64,000 nt of DNA from an uncultured Candidatus Saccharibacteria bacterium (GCA_964510945.1 CAZEED010000005.1:4132-68131), one strand, 5' to 3'; numbered from the stretch's first letter, positions 8,063 through 17,908 are shown. The notes: generated by a model from the letters alone, not told the origin. Numbers and translations are program-made.

Positions 8063-8209
8063 AAAAACCAGCAGAAAATGCTGGCTATCAAGTAATTTTG
8101 TGCATCATATCTGTCCCCTTTCATAGGGCGAGAATTGGCACCGTGGCTATTAAAGCTCGGTTGCCGGCGGTATCATTGGGCTCGATCCCTACTCCGCACT
8201 CGCAATATT
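8063..8209 (-). promoter_or_regulatory. SAM-I (S-box)-like riboswitch with intrinsic terminator
   Basis: The minus-strand RNA reads AAUAUU-GCGAG-UGCGGAGUAGGGAUCGAGCCCAAUGAUACCGCC-GGCAACC-(P3 insert)-GGUGCCAAUUCU-CGCCCUAUGAAAGGGG-ACAGAUAU. This matches the conserved S-box core blocks GGAG.GGGA, GCCC.AUGA, GGCAACC, GGUGCCAAUUC and AGAU.
It is followed by the hairpin AGCCAGCA-UUUUC-UGCUGGUU (8068-8084), a U5 tract, then the RBS. Confidence 0.6.
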
Positions 8210-8244
8210 AGTTGTTAAGTAACCACATTATACCAAATAATTTA

Positions 8245-9291
8245 CTATTTGTTGGCACGCCTTGTTAGCGCAATTAAAGGTTTGCTCGTCCACTCAATTG
8301 CTTTTCTTCGTTTATCCAGCTGGGAGCCATATGTACCGTTAACAGGATCAGTAAGTTTTATACTGTAGCTATCACTCGTTCTAGGTTCTCTGCCACCGAT
8401 GAACTGATTTCCAAGAGCCTGGAGGGCGATATTGGCTTCTGCTGCCTTTCCCCTTAATGCAGCCTCCAAATTTTCACTATGAAATTCAAAGTCATCGATT
8501 ATTGCTTTAGATGAACGCAATGCATCTAACTCATCTCGCGCAATATTTAGAAGCTCTTCGTCCAATATCGAATCTAATGCTGGTAGATCTGCATACACAT
8601 CCTCGCCCCGAACAATTGATTGAACAATATCCATATACAAGTTATATACACTTTCGCCTGAAAATTCCGACCTAATCCACGGTACTATGTCAGAGCCAGC
8701 TACAATTACTTGTTCATAATGCAGATCAGCTCTTTTGTCGTAACCTGGTTCACCAACTTTAAGAGTTTGAGAGTTAAATGGTATTAATCCTCCGGTTTGA
8801 TCTGATAAATATTGAGATCTGTAATGTTGAGTTTCAACAGGACCTTCTAGGAAACCATGAATATTTGTATATACGTTGTTAACAGCGATACCTGCACTCT
8901 TTCGATTACGAGTGCTTTCAAACGGAACAACCAATCCCACAGGTTCTGGGATATCAAGAATCGTACCAATATAACCAGCTAGGTATACAAACTTAGCATC
9001 GTGCTCATAGCTCTCGTGTGCAACATCCAGCAAAGCGACAGGCTCGCCTTGTCTACCATCTAAATAGTCATGGATTTGTTCAACGCCTGCTAGCATGCTC
9101 ATATCAAGTCCTCCGTCATCTTCGATGCCGTGACTTTTCGCGACTGCTGTCTGCAAATCATCACCAAAGGCAACCCTGTCAAAAGCAAACGCAGAAGCAA
9201 CACTACCTTCTCTGTCTTTGTAACCTTCAGGCAATTGCTCTAAATCAAAAAATATTTTCTCTCTTTGTGCTACGACTGCTTCTATTCGCAT
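8245..9291 (-). CDS. Hypothetical protein (348 aa)
   Basis: Long intact ORF with AGGGG upstream of the ATG. No recognisable domain. Confidence 0.65.
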   Translation of the reverse strand: MRIEAVVAQREKIFFDLEQLPEGYKDREGSVASAFAFDRVAFGDDLQTAVAKSHGIEDDGGLDMSMLAGVEQIHDYLDGRQGEPVALLDVAHESYEHDAKFVYLAGYIGTILDIPEPVGLVVPFESTRNRKSAGIAVNNVYTNIHGFLEGPVETQHYRSQYLSDQTGGLIPFNSQTLKVGEPGYDKRADLHYEQVIVAGSDIVPWIRSEFSGESVYNLYMDIVQSIVRGEDVYADLPALDSILDEELLNIARDELDALRSSKAIIDDFEFHSENLEAALRGKAAEANIALQALGNQFIGGREPRTSDSYSIKLTDPVNGTYGSQLDKRRKAIEWTSKPLIALTRRANK

Positions 9292-9401
9292 GACTACCCC
9301 TATTGATATTTATAACTATATTGAGATAATCACGCCTATGCAAGCATATCCAGTATCAAAATTTATGATTATATAAAGAGTTAGTACTTAATTTATTATG
9401 T

Positions 9402-9983
9402 TTAGCGAGAATCTGTTGGCATCAAAACAAGATAATTCTCATCATTTACCGAACAGACAGTCTGACCAAGTTCTTCTGCAGGATCTATTTGATCCTCAGA
9501 AATGCCAAGTAACGATTCGCCGTTATTGACTACCGTTTCACATGCTGGCACCTCGTCAGTTTGTTCTGGCGAATCATGTATTGCTACAAAAGTAAGTAAA
9601 CCTACTAGCGCGGCTGCACCGATACCAAAAGCTACGGTTTTTATCCTACGAGCTATGCGTTCGACTCTTGTTGCGCGTCGCAAACCTCTCGCACTGTTTG
9701 CAATCAATAGATCATCAAAATCTATAGGACGAGAATATACTGCGTCATCCCAACGATCTCCGTGAAAAGTTTTCGATCCATCAGAGTAGGTTTTGGTTAC
9801 TTTTCTCTTATAAGGATACGCATCCATTGTGCGGGGACAATAGTTGGTTGTGTTTTTAATTTTTGTTATTTTTGATGGCCAAAAGTAAAATCCTCGAAAT
9901 ATGCTCCCAGATACTGAATCTGGCAACTTTACTTCGTCATCTCTAACTTTTAGTTTTTGTTCTAATGTTTTTCTTAAAAACAT
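9402..9983 (-). CDS. Hypothetical single-pass membrane protein (193 aa)
   Basis: One TM segment (VAFGIGAAALVGLLTFVAI). A strong AAGGAGG lies upstream of the ATG. Confidence 0.6.
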   Translation of the reverse strand: MFLRKTLEQKLKVRDDEVKLPDSVSGSIFRGFYFWPSKITKIKNTTNYCPRTMDAYPYKRKVTKTYSDGSKTFHGDRWDDAVYSRPIDFDDLLIANSARGLRRATRVERIARRIKTVAFGIGAAALVGLLTFVAIHDSPEQTDEVPACETVVNNGESLLGISEDQIDPAEELGQTVCSVNDENYLVLMPTDSR

Positions 9984-9990
9984 ATTAAAT

Positions 9991-10060
9991 AGCGCCTCCT
10001 TTGACGCTTGATTAAGTAATCGCCTTAGTGCGCAAATTGCTTAGTCAAGGTAGAGGCGCT
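9991..10060 (-). promoter_or_regulatory. SD-sequestering leader hairpin
   Basis: 9991-10005 (agcgcctcctttgac, which contains the complement of the SD AAGGAGG) is near-perfectly complementary to 10044-10060 (gtcaaggtagaggcgct). An alternative helix is possible: cttgattaag (10007-10016) with cttagtcaag (10040-10049). Confidence 0.45.
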
Positions 10061-10206
10061 AGGCACAATAGATGTGGACGCGTACTTTGATTTGGGACAA
10101 TGCTGTTTCGGTGGAAGCCATAGTCACTGTATGCTATTTTGCTCCCAGAGAATTATCTCCGTGAAAAAACATTATAGGGCATAGTTCAATATTTGTCAAT
10201 AGTTTT

Positions 10207-10494
10207 TTATCGTACAACCACGCCGTAAAAACTCTCCAGTAGTTTATAGACGATATAAGCTGGCCATACCATTGACTTTAATAAACCTGTCACGACAGCG
10301 CCAAAACCAACAGCAGCTTGCATCCAATAGACGACAGACCCGACAAATCCTACAAAATACAGCGCACCACTGGTTCCGTGAGTTGTGGCATTTGAATTCT
10401 TACCTTTTTCTTTACACCATTGTTTTAAATCATCAGCTCCGCTCAGTTTAGCTTTAAACTCTAGTTCTGGTTTTTGTGACTTTGTTTTTGGCAT
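10207..10494 (-). CDS. Small 2-TM membrane protein (95 aa)
   Basis: Lys-rich N-terminus followed by two hydrophobic helices. No recognisable domain. Confidence 0.55.
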   Translation of the reverse strand: MPKTKSQKPELEFKAKLSGADDLKQWCKEKGKNSNATTHGTSGALYFVGFVGSVVYWMQAAVGFGAVVTGLLKSMVWPAYIVYKLLESFYGVVVR

Positions 10495-10548
10495 TTGAAG
10501 TTCTCCTATTTAGTTTCTATAGGCATTATACCAAGTTGGTTAGGTATT

Positions 10549-10577
10549 TTGTGCACTATTGACATAAGTGGTATAAT
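10549..10577 (+). promoter_or_regulatory. Candidate sigma70 promoter with extended -10
   Basis: TTGTGC (10549-10554), 17-nt spacer, TGgTATAAT (-10 hexamer at 10572-10577). About 200 nt upstream of the ABC exporter ATG. Confidence 0.35.
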
Positions 10578-10773
10578 TGTTAGATTATCAATTTTAACGG
10601 AAAGGGCGACAATAGTATGAATAAACTAATCAGACAAATAGACTCGATACAATTTGTCGCTCTGATGCGATAAATTATCTCGATTCTCGACTTTTTCAAA
10701 CAAAAAACTTTATTTTCCAAATTTTTTACCAAACACAATCTAATAAATAAACAAGTAGCAGGAGGCTACTTAT

Positions 10774-12561
10774 ATGACAAAATTTAAATCACAATCTAAC
10801 GTCAAACAAACTATTAGTTTGTTCTGGCACCACGCGACTCAGTACAAGAGATTTCTTGTGCCTATGATTGTATTGGTTCCAATCGTAGTTATAATTGGCG
10901 AATTTATCGAACCGATAATCATATCGAATGTATTACAACAAATAAGTAGTAGTAATTATGATGTCAATAATTTATGGGCAAGCTTTGGCAGTTCTCTAAT
11001 CTATTACGCTATGGCGGTAATCGCCAGTGGGATCATAGGCTGGCGTCTAGTTATATACTGCTTGTGGAACCTTGAACTTAACGTAGTTAGAGATATTAGT
11101 AATAAAATATTCTCGCACTTAATGCGGCTAAGCCCTAGTTTTCATGCTAACAAATTTGCCGGCTCACTCGTCTCGCAATCAAATAAGTTGACTGGGGCAT
11201 ACGTAAGATTCACTGACTCCACTCTATTTAACCTATATACACTAATTATTTCGTTAATCGCTACTATCGTAATACTGGCACCTAGAGTGCCGTTGTACGC
11301 CGCTACAATGGTTATATTTTCAATATTGTACATTATTGGTACTTTTCACTTTGCAAGACCTGTTCGCGAAGCAAACACAAAAGAAGCCGAAGCTGAAAGT
11401 CGTCAGACTGGATACTTAGCTGACAGTGTATCTAATGTGATGGCGGTTAAAGGCTTTTCACGATCAAATTTTGAAATGAAAAGATACTGGGACATCACAT
11501 CTCACACTAGAAAAATGGGCCAAAATTCCATGCGTGCGACCATGATTAGAGAATCGTTTTCTAGTGTGATAACATCTTCAATTGCGATAGCCGCTTTGCT
11601 CATTGCAATACTAGGCGTTAAATATTTGTCAATTGATATTGCTACGCTGTTCCTAATGGTAAGTTTTACAGGTTCGCTCGGCCAAAGGTTGTGGGAATTT
11701 CAAAACGTATTACGTCAATATAACCGAGCTTTTGGTGATGCTAGCGATATGATCAAAATCCTTCAAATCAAGCCAGAAGTAGCCGACCCAGTCCGTCCAG
11801 AAACAGTAAAAATGAACCGTGGAGGAATCGAATTTAACTCCGTTACTTTTGCTCATGATGAGGACAAGGACACCTTGTTCCATAATCTCAATCTTTACAT
11901 TAAACCAGGCGAAAAAATTGGCCTAGTTGGCCATTCTGGATCTGGTAAAACGACACTGACAAAACTCTTGCTTCGGTTTATGGATATTGATGGTGGTGAA
12001 ATCACAATCGACGGTCAAGATATTACCGCAGTTACCCAAGATGATCTTAGGGACAAGATTACCTATGTTCCACAAGAACCTTTGATGTTTCATCGCAGTA
12101 TTGCTGAAAACATCTTGTATGGTAATCCCAAGGCCTCTGAACAACAGCTCAAAGCTGTAGCAAAAATGGCTCATGCCCACGACTTTGTCGAAAAACTTCC
12201 TAAGCAGTATGACACCCTAGTAGGAGAACGAGGTGTCAAATTATCTGGTGGACAACGACAGCGTATCGCAATTGCTCGAGCTATGATCAAAAATGCACCA
12301 ATATTAGTACTCGACGAAGCTACATCTGCACTTGATAGCGAAAGCGAAGTGCTAATTCAGGACGCCCTTTGGAAACTAATGGAAGGCCGAACAGCCATTG
12401 TTATAGCACACCGATTAAGCACGATTCAAAAAATGGATAGGATAATCGTTCTGGATGAGGGTAAAATCGTAGAAGAAGGCACGCACAAAGAACTGATTAG
12501 AGCCAAAGGTACCTACGCCGGTCTATGGAACCATCAAACCGGCGGCTTCTTAGAAGAATAG
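10774..12561 (+). CDS. ABC transporter, fused permease/ATPase exporter (MsbA/ABCB type)
   Basis: N-terminal six-TM domain, Walker A GHSGSGKTT, signature LSGGQRQR, Walker B ILVLDEATSALD. GGAGG RBS. Confidence 0.9.
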   Translation: MTKFKSQSNVKQTISLFWHHATQYKRFLVPMIVLVPIVVIIGEFIEPIIISNVLQQISSSNYDVNNLWASFGSSLIYYAMAVIASGIIGWRLVIYCLWNLELNVVRDISNKIFSHLMRLSPSFHANKFAGSLVSQSNKLTGAYVRFTDSTLFNLYTLIISLIATIVILAPRVPLYAATMVIFSILYIIGTFHFARPVREANTKEAEAESRQTGYLADSVSNVMAVKGFSRSNFEMKRYWDITSHTRKMGQNSMRATMIRESFSSVITSSIAIAALLIAILGVKYLSIDIATLFLMVSFTGSLGQRLWEFQNVLRQYNRAFGDASDMIKILQIKPEVADPVRPETVKMNRGGIEFNSVTFAHDEDKDTLFHNLNLYIKPGEKIGLVGHSGSGKTTLTKLLLRFMDIDGGEITIDGQDITAVTQDDLRDKITYVPQEPLMFHRSIAENILYGNPKASEQQLKAVAKMAHAHDFVEKLPKQYDTLVGERGVKLSGGQRQRIAIARAMIKNAPILVLDEATSALDSESEVLIQDALWKLMEGRTAIVIAHRLSTIQKMDRIIVLDEGKIVEEGTHKELIRAKGTYAGLWNHQTGGFLEE

Positions 12562-12568
12562 TCTATTT

Positions 12569-13399
12569 TTAGTTGTCGTTCTCGTTGTCGTTTTCGTTAT
12601 CTTGTTGGTCTTGGCTGTTTTTGTCGTTGTCTTCATTTTCTTCTTCATCATCATTGTCATCATTTGAATCTTGCTGATCTTCGTCTGAATCATCTTCAGA
12701 ATCATTAGATTGCCTAGATCCGCGCTTGTCGTCCTGTCCATCATCCTCAAATTCATCATCGTTTTTATCTGCATCGTCGTTGCTGTCGCTATCTTCAGAT
12801 TTATTAGAGTCATTCTTGGAATTCTTGGTTCTTGTCACGCCACCGTTTTCTGCATTTATATCCACTCTAAATCCATCAGTGAAACGAACGCTATAAACAA
12901 CAACACCGTCTTCTACTTCAAGTTCTATTTTTCTAACCTGACCATCATGTTGTTCTAGAGCCGTTTTTAATGCAGCGGCAAAATCTATCTTTAAATTCTG
13001 TATTTTCGAAACCTCTTCATCATCATTTTCGTCATCTTCAATCTTAGTTACGTAGGTACCATCAGTAGCGTTAATGACGATAACTGATCCGTCGCTAAGT
13101 TTTGCTTCGTAGACTAGCACGCCGTCCTCGTTCTTTAGTTCTAGATCAACGATAGTTAAGCCTGGAGCTTGTTCGTCAACTATAGTTTTAAGCCGATCAA
13201 CATCAATTATTCCACTCAAATCATTTGGCAGAGGCTCGATTTTTACTACTTCACCAGGATTAACTGCACTATTAGATACGTCTGTTCGCGCATCATAAAC
13301 CCGCCAACCAATAAAGCCAACAAGACCAACTATTACCGCAATCATTAATATTTCTACTGGGCCAACAACCCCTTGTTGATCTTTTATTAACTTATTCAT
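12569..13399 (-). CDS. Membrane-anchored tandem PepSY-domain protein with long D/E/N/S-rich tail
   Basis: N-terminal TM segment. Two PepSY-like repeats (LVYEAKLSDGSVIVINATDGTYV; VVYSVRFTDGFRVDINAENGGV). The C-terminal ~85 aa are low complexity. Confidence 0.75.
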   Translation of the reverse strand: MNKLIKDQQGVVGPVEILMIAVIVGLVGFIGWRVYDARTDVSNSAVNPGEVVKIEPLPNDLSGIIDVDRLKTIVDEQAPGLTIVDLELKNEDGVLVYEAKLSDGSVIVINATDGTYVTKIEDDENDDEEVSKIQNLKIDFAAALKTALEQHDGQVRKIELEVEDGVVVYSVRFTDGFRVDINAENGGVTRTKNSKNDSNKSEDSDSNDDADKNDDEFEDDGQDDKRGSRQSNDSEDDSDEDQQDSNDDNDDEEENEDNDKNSQDQQDNENDNENDN

Positions 13400-13670
13400 A
13401 GATGTGTTCTTCCTTTTTATATAATTTTTTGTAGCATAAGCATTTTATCATAATACTTTTGTACACGAAACATTAATCGATAATGATTTATTAAAAGGAT
13501 TAGAGTAAAAGATTTAGCAAAACTCTGGGCGTAACGCTATAGAACGTTGGAATAGTGTTTTATCTCCAAGTAAATCTAGTAAATCTGGGTCAGTAACATC
13601 CACCATTTGTTGTTTAGCCCATAAAAGTTCGCCCATCGCGCTGGTCGCGCTTTCGTCAATCAGAAAAAGG

Positions 13671-14357
13671 TTAGTCTGTTGTATCGGTATCTGGTTTTTG
13701 CTCAGATTCGCCTTCGGCTGGTGTTTCGCCCTCACCGCCCTCAGCACCTTCTTCGCCTTCAACTTCTTCTGCAGCAGCTTCTTCAATTGCCGCCCTAGGT
13801 GCTTCTACTGTAACAATCGTCTTGTCAGCTTCATCGAGTATTTCAACACCTTCAGGTAGATCGATGTCGCTAACGTGTAGCTTATCGCCCACTTCGGCTA
13901 GTTTTGAGCCGTCGACAGTTAGTTTTTCGACTAGTTTACTTGGGATAGCTTCAACTTCTAGATTATCAACCACCTTTATTACCAATAATCCATCGCGTTC
14001 GGCTGGGATTTGCTCATCACCATGCACAATCTCGATCTGGACTTCGGCTTTAACTTTTTGGTCTTTTTTAATCGCACCAAACACCACATGACGAAGCTGG
14101 TTCTTTTTTGGTTCAAAATCAACTTCTTTAATCATGGTCAGATAATCGGTATCGCCGACTTTAACATTAATCGGATTATGCTTACCGGCACTGTTATACG
14201 CCCTCACCATCTCTAAATAATTTCCGCTAACATTAATAGAATCATTGCCTGGATTATGGATCACAGCCGGTATAAGACCTTCACTCTTTAGCTTGTTCAA
14301 ACCTTTTCTAACAACTTCTCGTTTTTGAAGCGTTAAACTAATATCTTGATTACTCAC
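13671..14357 (-). CDS. rplY: 50S ribosomal protein L25 / general stress protein Ctc
   Basis: N-terminal L25 signature (REVVRKGLNKLKSEGLIPAVIHN), beta-barrel repeats and an acidic E/A-rich tail. Confidence 0.9.
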   Translation of the reverse strand: MSNQDISLTLQKREVVRKGLNKLKSEGLIPAVIHNPGNDSINVSGNYLEMVRAYNSAGKHNPINVKVGDTDYLTMIKEVDFEPKKNQLRHVVFGAIKKDQKVKAEVQIEIVHGDEQIPAERDGLLVIKVVDNLEVEAIPSKLVEKLTVDGSKLAEVGDKLHVSDIDLPEGVEILDEADKTIVTVEAPRAAIEEAAAEEVEGEEGAEGGEGETPAEGESEQKPDTDTTD

Positions 14358-14451
14358 GTGGTCTTCCTTTCATCACAACTTACTTTTTACACAGTTATAT
14401 ATTGTATTATAGCAAATTTTCATCTGTTTGTTGCTATAATCTAATGTATTA

Positions 14452-15105
14452 ATGTTAGACGTTGAACATTTGATCCAAAGTGGCGGAATCCTGCTTGTCG
14501 CCTTTATCGTATTTGCCGAGTCTGGATTGCTTGTCGGCTTCTTTTTACCAGGCGATACTTTGTTATTTACAGCTGGCTTTTTTGCTTCTCAAGGCGCACT
14601 TAATCTCCCCGTATTAATAGTGGCTGTGGTTCTGGCGGCAATCATTGGCGATAACGTTGGCTACAGTATTGGTCGAAGAACAGGTCACCGTATTTTTAAA
14701 AAAGAAGATGGGATATTCTTCCATAAAGATAACATCAAGCGAGCCGAAGTATTTTATGAAGCCCACGGTGGCAAAACCATCGTTCTAGCAAGGTTTGTCC
14801 CTGTTGTTAGAACTTTCGTACCAGTTATCGCTGGGGTCGGCAAAATGCCAAGAAAAACTTTTTTCTTATACAACATCATTGGCGGGATAATCTGGGGTGC
14901 CGGTGTTACGCTACTAGGTTATTGGCTAGGGAGCAAAGTCGACAATATCGAGAAATACATCTTGCCAGTGTTCTTGCTTGCCACCCTCGCAACTTTTGGC
15001 CCAGCTCTTTATCACCTCTTAAAAGACAAAGAAAACCGAGTCCGAATTGCTAAAAGATTTAAATTTTGGCTTAGTAACATTTTCTTGAACAAACGAGTTA
15101 AATAA
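14452..15105 (+). CDS. DedA/SNARE-associated family membrane protein
   Basis: Characteristic [18 protein letters not shown] and [16 protein letters not shown] motifs. Confidence 0.85.
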   Translation: MLDVEHLIQSGGILLVAFIVFAESGLLVGFFLPGDTLLFTAGFFASQGALNLPVLIVAVVLAAIIGDNVGYSIGRRTGHRIFKKEDGIFFHKDNIKRAEVFYEAHGGKTIVLARFVPVVRTFVPVIAGVGKMPRKTFFLYNIIGGIIWGAGVTLLGYWLGSKVDNIEKYILPVFLLATLATFGPALYHLLKDKENRVRIAKRFKFWLSNIFLNKRVK

Positions 15106-17908
15106 TCCCAGCAAGATAATTGCCAGTGTAGGATTTCTTATTTTTACTTACTTGTTCGGGCGTGCCCTCAGCGACGATATAACCACCGCCCGACCCACCT
15201 TCGGGACCCATATCTATGATGTGGTCAGCCGATTTTATGACATCCAGGTTATGCTCGATGATTATCATGCTGTTACCGGTATCCACCAGCGCATGTAGTA
15301 CTTGTAACAGTTTTTTGACGTCATCCATATGCAGTCCTGTTGTTGGTTCATCTAATATATAAAGCGTACGACCAGTTGGGCGTTTCGAGAGTTCTGTTGC
15401 TAGTTTTACGCGTTGTGCCTCACCACCACTCAGGGTCGTTGCTGGCTGACCTAATGCGATATAGCCTAAGCCCACGTCAACGAGAGTTTGAAGCTTACGG
15501 GCAATCGACGGGATATTAGAAAAGAAGTCTAGCGCTGTTTCGCAGGTCATCTCTAGAACATCACTAATCGTCTTACCCTTGTAGTGTATCTCTAAGGCTT
15601 CTTTGTTATACCTCTTGCCATGGCAAACTTCGCAGGCCACATAAACATCTGGCAAAAAGTGCATCTCAATTTTAATAATTCCATCGCCTGAGCAATTCTC
15701 ACACCTTCCACCTTTTACGTTAAAGCTAAACCTTCCGGGGTTGTAACCGCGAACTTTTGCCTCTGGTACGCTAGCAAATAGCTCCCTAATAGGCGTAAAC
15801 AGTCCAGTATAGGTCGCCGGATTAGAACGTGGAGTACGACCAATTGGCGATTGATCGATGATTATGGCTTTATCTAGGTGTTCTATACCGGTAATGTCAT
15901 CGTGTTTACCCGGTACTGTATTAGCCCGATGCAATCTTGCAGACAATTCTTTAGCTAAAATATCATTGATCAGACTTGATTTCCCCGATCCGGATACACC
16001 ACTGACTACCACCATTTTGCCCAAAGGTATCACGGCGTCAATATTTTGCAAATTATGTTCTTTTGCGCCAATAACAGAGATAAAATTACCATTTCCGGAT
16101 CGTCGTTTTTTTGGTGCATCGACTGATTTTTCACCACGAAGATACTGACCAGTGATACTATTTTTTACTTTCGACACTGCCTCAGGCGTGCCCTCGGCAA
16201 CCACATGACCACCGTGGATCCCAGCACCAGGGCCAATATCTAACAAATAATCTGCAGTCTTTATCGTTTCTTCGTCGTGTTCAACCACGATTACTGAATT
16301 TCCAAGATCACGCAAAGTTTTTAATGTAGTAATCAGTCGATTATTGTCTCTTTGGTGTAGTCCTATTGAGGGCTCATCCAACACATATAAAACACCCATT
16401 AATCCAGAGCCTATCTGAGTAGCTAGGCGAATCCGTTGCGCTTCGCCGCCACTTAATGTTGTAGCGCTACGTGCCAATGTCAGATAGTTAAGCCCGACGT
16501 CTTGTAAGAATTTTAAGCGAGCTTTAATTTCTTTTAATATTTGTTTGGCGATGGTCTGCTCTTTTTCGTCCAAATCAAGATTGTCAAAAAATTTTACACT
16601 ATCATCAATAGAGTTCTCGCAAACATCAATAATAGAAGTGTCGTTAACTGTTATCGCCAAAACCTCGGGCTTCAATCGCTTGCCTTTGCAGGCATGACAA
16701 GGTCGTTCTTGCATAAAACGTTCAATATCACGACGCATAAAATCACTCTCTGTTTCTTTGTGACGCCGTTCTAGATTAGGGATTACTCCTTCATAAGTCG
16801 TATCAAAAGATCGCCCACCGCCTAGAGGTACGGTATATTTTTTATCACCTGTTCCGTATAGCAGTAGGTCTAGATTTTTCTTTGACAACTCTGACGTGGG
16901 GACTTGCAGACTAAAATGATTGTCATCGGCCACGGCTTGCATTTTTTTCATATACCAAGCGTCGGTGCTCACTCGGTTGTACGGCCTTATCGCCCCCTCA
17001 GAAATTGTCAAACGACCATTTGGGATAACTAATTCTGGGTCAACTTCCATGCGTGTACCCAGACCCGTGCAGACCGGACAAGCACCAAATGGCGAGTTAA
17101 AGCTAAAAGTTCTGGGTTCAAGTTCAGGAATCGAAACTTCAGGATGGTCAACACAGGCGTACATCAAGCTATATGAAAAATCCTTGTCGCTATCGGCATC
17201 ATAAATTGTCAATCGGCCATCCGACAAATCCAGCGCTTGCTCTACAGACTGAACTAATCTACCACTGTTATCTTTATTATTGGTAACCCTATCTACCACC
17301 ACTTCAATAGTATGTTTTTTTGCCTTATCCAACTCTGGGAATTCGTCTAAAGCGTACACCACCCCATCAACCCTAACACGCGCAAATCCACCTCGCATGT
17401 ATTGCTCTGGGATATGTTCAAAAGCACCTTTTTTATCAATTACCACTGGCGAGAGGATTATGATTCTAGCATCGCGAGTTTGATTAATAACTTGGTCAAC
17501 AACGCCTTGCGCCGTTTGCCGTGTTACTGGTTTATTGCACACCGGACAATGAGGTATGCCGATTCTAGCATATAGTAATCTCAAGTAATCAAAGATTTCT
17601 GTTACTGTAGCAACTGTTGAGCGTGGGTTGCGACTCGTAGATTTTTGATCAATGCTAATTGCAGGGCTAAGACCGTCAATTTGGTCAACATCAGGTTTTT
17701 CCATCAAACCCAAAAACTGACGAGCGTACGAGCTTAGACTCTCTACATATCGTCTTTGCCCTTCAGCATAAATAGTATCAAAGGCAAGGCTAGACTTCCC
17801 CGAACCTGATAAGCCAGTTATGACTACCAGCTTTTCGCGTGGAATAGTCACACTAATATTTTTTAGATTGTGTTCTCGAGCCCCTTTTACTTCAATATAT
17901 TCACTCAT
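15098..17908 (-). CDS. uvrA: Excinuclease ABC subunit A
   Basis: 936 aa. Two ABC modules ([18 protein letters not shown]; LSGGEAQR twice) and zinc-finger Cys clusters. Confidence 0.95.
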   Translation of the reverse strand: MSEYIEVKGAREHNLKNISVTIPREKLVVITGLSGSGKSSLAFDTIYAEGQRRYVESLSSYARQFLGLMEKPDVDQIDGLSPAISIDQKSTSRNPRSTVATVTEIFDYLRLLYARIGIPHCPVCNKPVTRQTAQGVVDQVINQTRDARIIILSPVVIDKKGAFEHIPEQYMRGGFARVRVDGVVYALDEFPELDKAKKHTIEVVVDRVTNNKDNSGRLVQSVEQALDLSDGRLTIYDADSDKDFSYSLMYACVDHPEVSIPELEPRTFSFNSPFGACPVCTGLGTRMEVDPELVIPNGRLTISEGAIRPYNRVSTDAWYMKKMQAVADDNHFSLQVPTSELSKKNLDLLLYGTGDKKYTVPLGGGRSFDTTYEGVIPNLERRHKETESDFMRRDIERFMQERPCHACKGKRLKPEVLAITVNDTSIIDVCENSIDDSVKFFDNLDLDEKEQTIAKQILKEIKARLKFLQDVGLNYLTLARSATTLSGGEAQRIRLATQIGSGLMGVLYVLDEPSIGLHQRDNNRLITTLKTLRDLGNSVIVVEHDEETIKTADYLLDIGPGAGIHGGHVVAEGTPEAVSKVKNSITGQYLRGEKSVDAPKKRRSGNGNFISVIGAKEHNLQNIDAVIPLGKMVVVSGVSGSGKSSLINDILAKELSARLHRANTVPGKHDDITGIEHLDKAIIIDQSPIGRTPRSNPATYTGLFTPIRELFASVPEAKVRGYNPGRFSFNVKGGRCENCSGDGIIKIEMHFLPDVYVACEVCHGKRYNKEALEIHYKGKTISDVLEMTCETALDFFSNIPSIARKLQTLVDVGLGYIALGQPATTLSGGEAQRVKLATELSKRPTGRTLYILDEPTTGLHMDDVKKLLQVLHALVDTGNSMIIIEHNLDVIKSADHIIDMGPEGGSGGGYIVAEGTPEQVSKNKKSYTGNYLAGII

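Noticed and set aside
10060-10200. Glycine-riboswitch-like words (CUCUGGGAGC ... CACCGAAAC) in the leader of the 193-aa gene
   Set aside because: Only two short word matches. The GGAGAG/CACCGAAGGGGCAA cores and the tandem architecture are absent.
10555-10577. Unusual promoter geometry TTGACA/TTTACA only 7-8 nt upstream of TATAAT, seen three times (10556-10577, 19142-19161, and 46151-46170 on the minus strand)
   Set aside because: The spacing is incompatible with sigma70 -35/-10 contacts. Each site also has a TGn extended -10 that suffices on its own, and three cases in AT-rich DNA may be chance. Noted only as a curiosity to test with a genome-wide motif count.
12550-12958. 87-aa (T/M/K-rich) and 82-aa ORFs overlapping the PepSY gene tail
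   Set aside because: They are alternative-frame or antisense readings of the repetitive acidic-tail DNA. The PepSY frame is continuous with recognisable domains.
13514-13786. 90-aa ORF overlapping the 3' end of rplY, with a possible 40-aa sub-ORF (13514-13636, MGELLWAKQQ...RPEFC)
   Set aside because: The upstream two-thirds overlaps the L25 coding sequence in another frame. The 40-aa remainder has no clear RBS, so it is left as unannotated intergenic sequence, though a small protein cannot be excluded.
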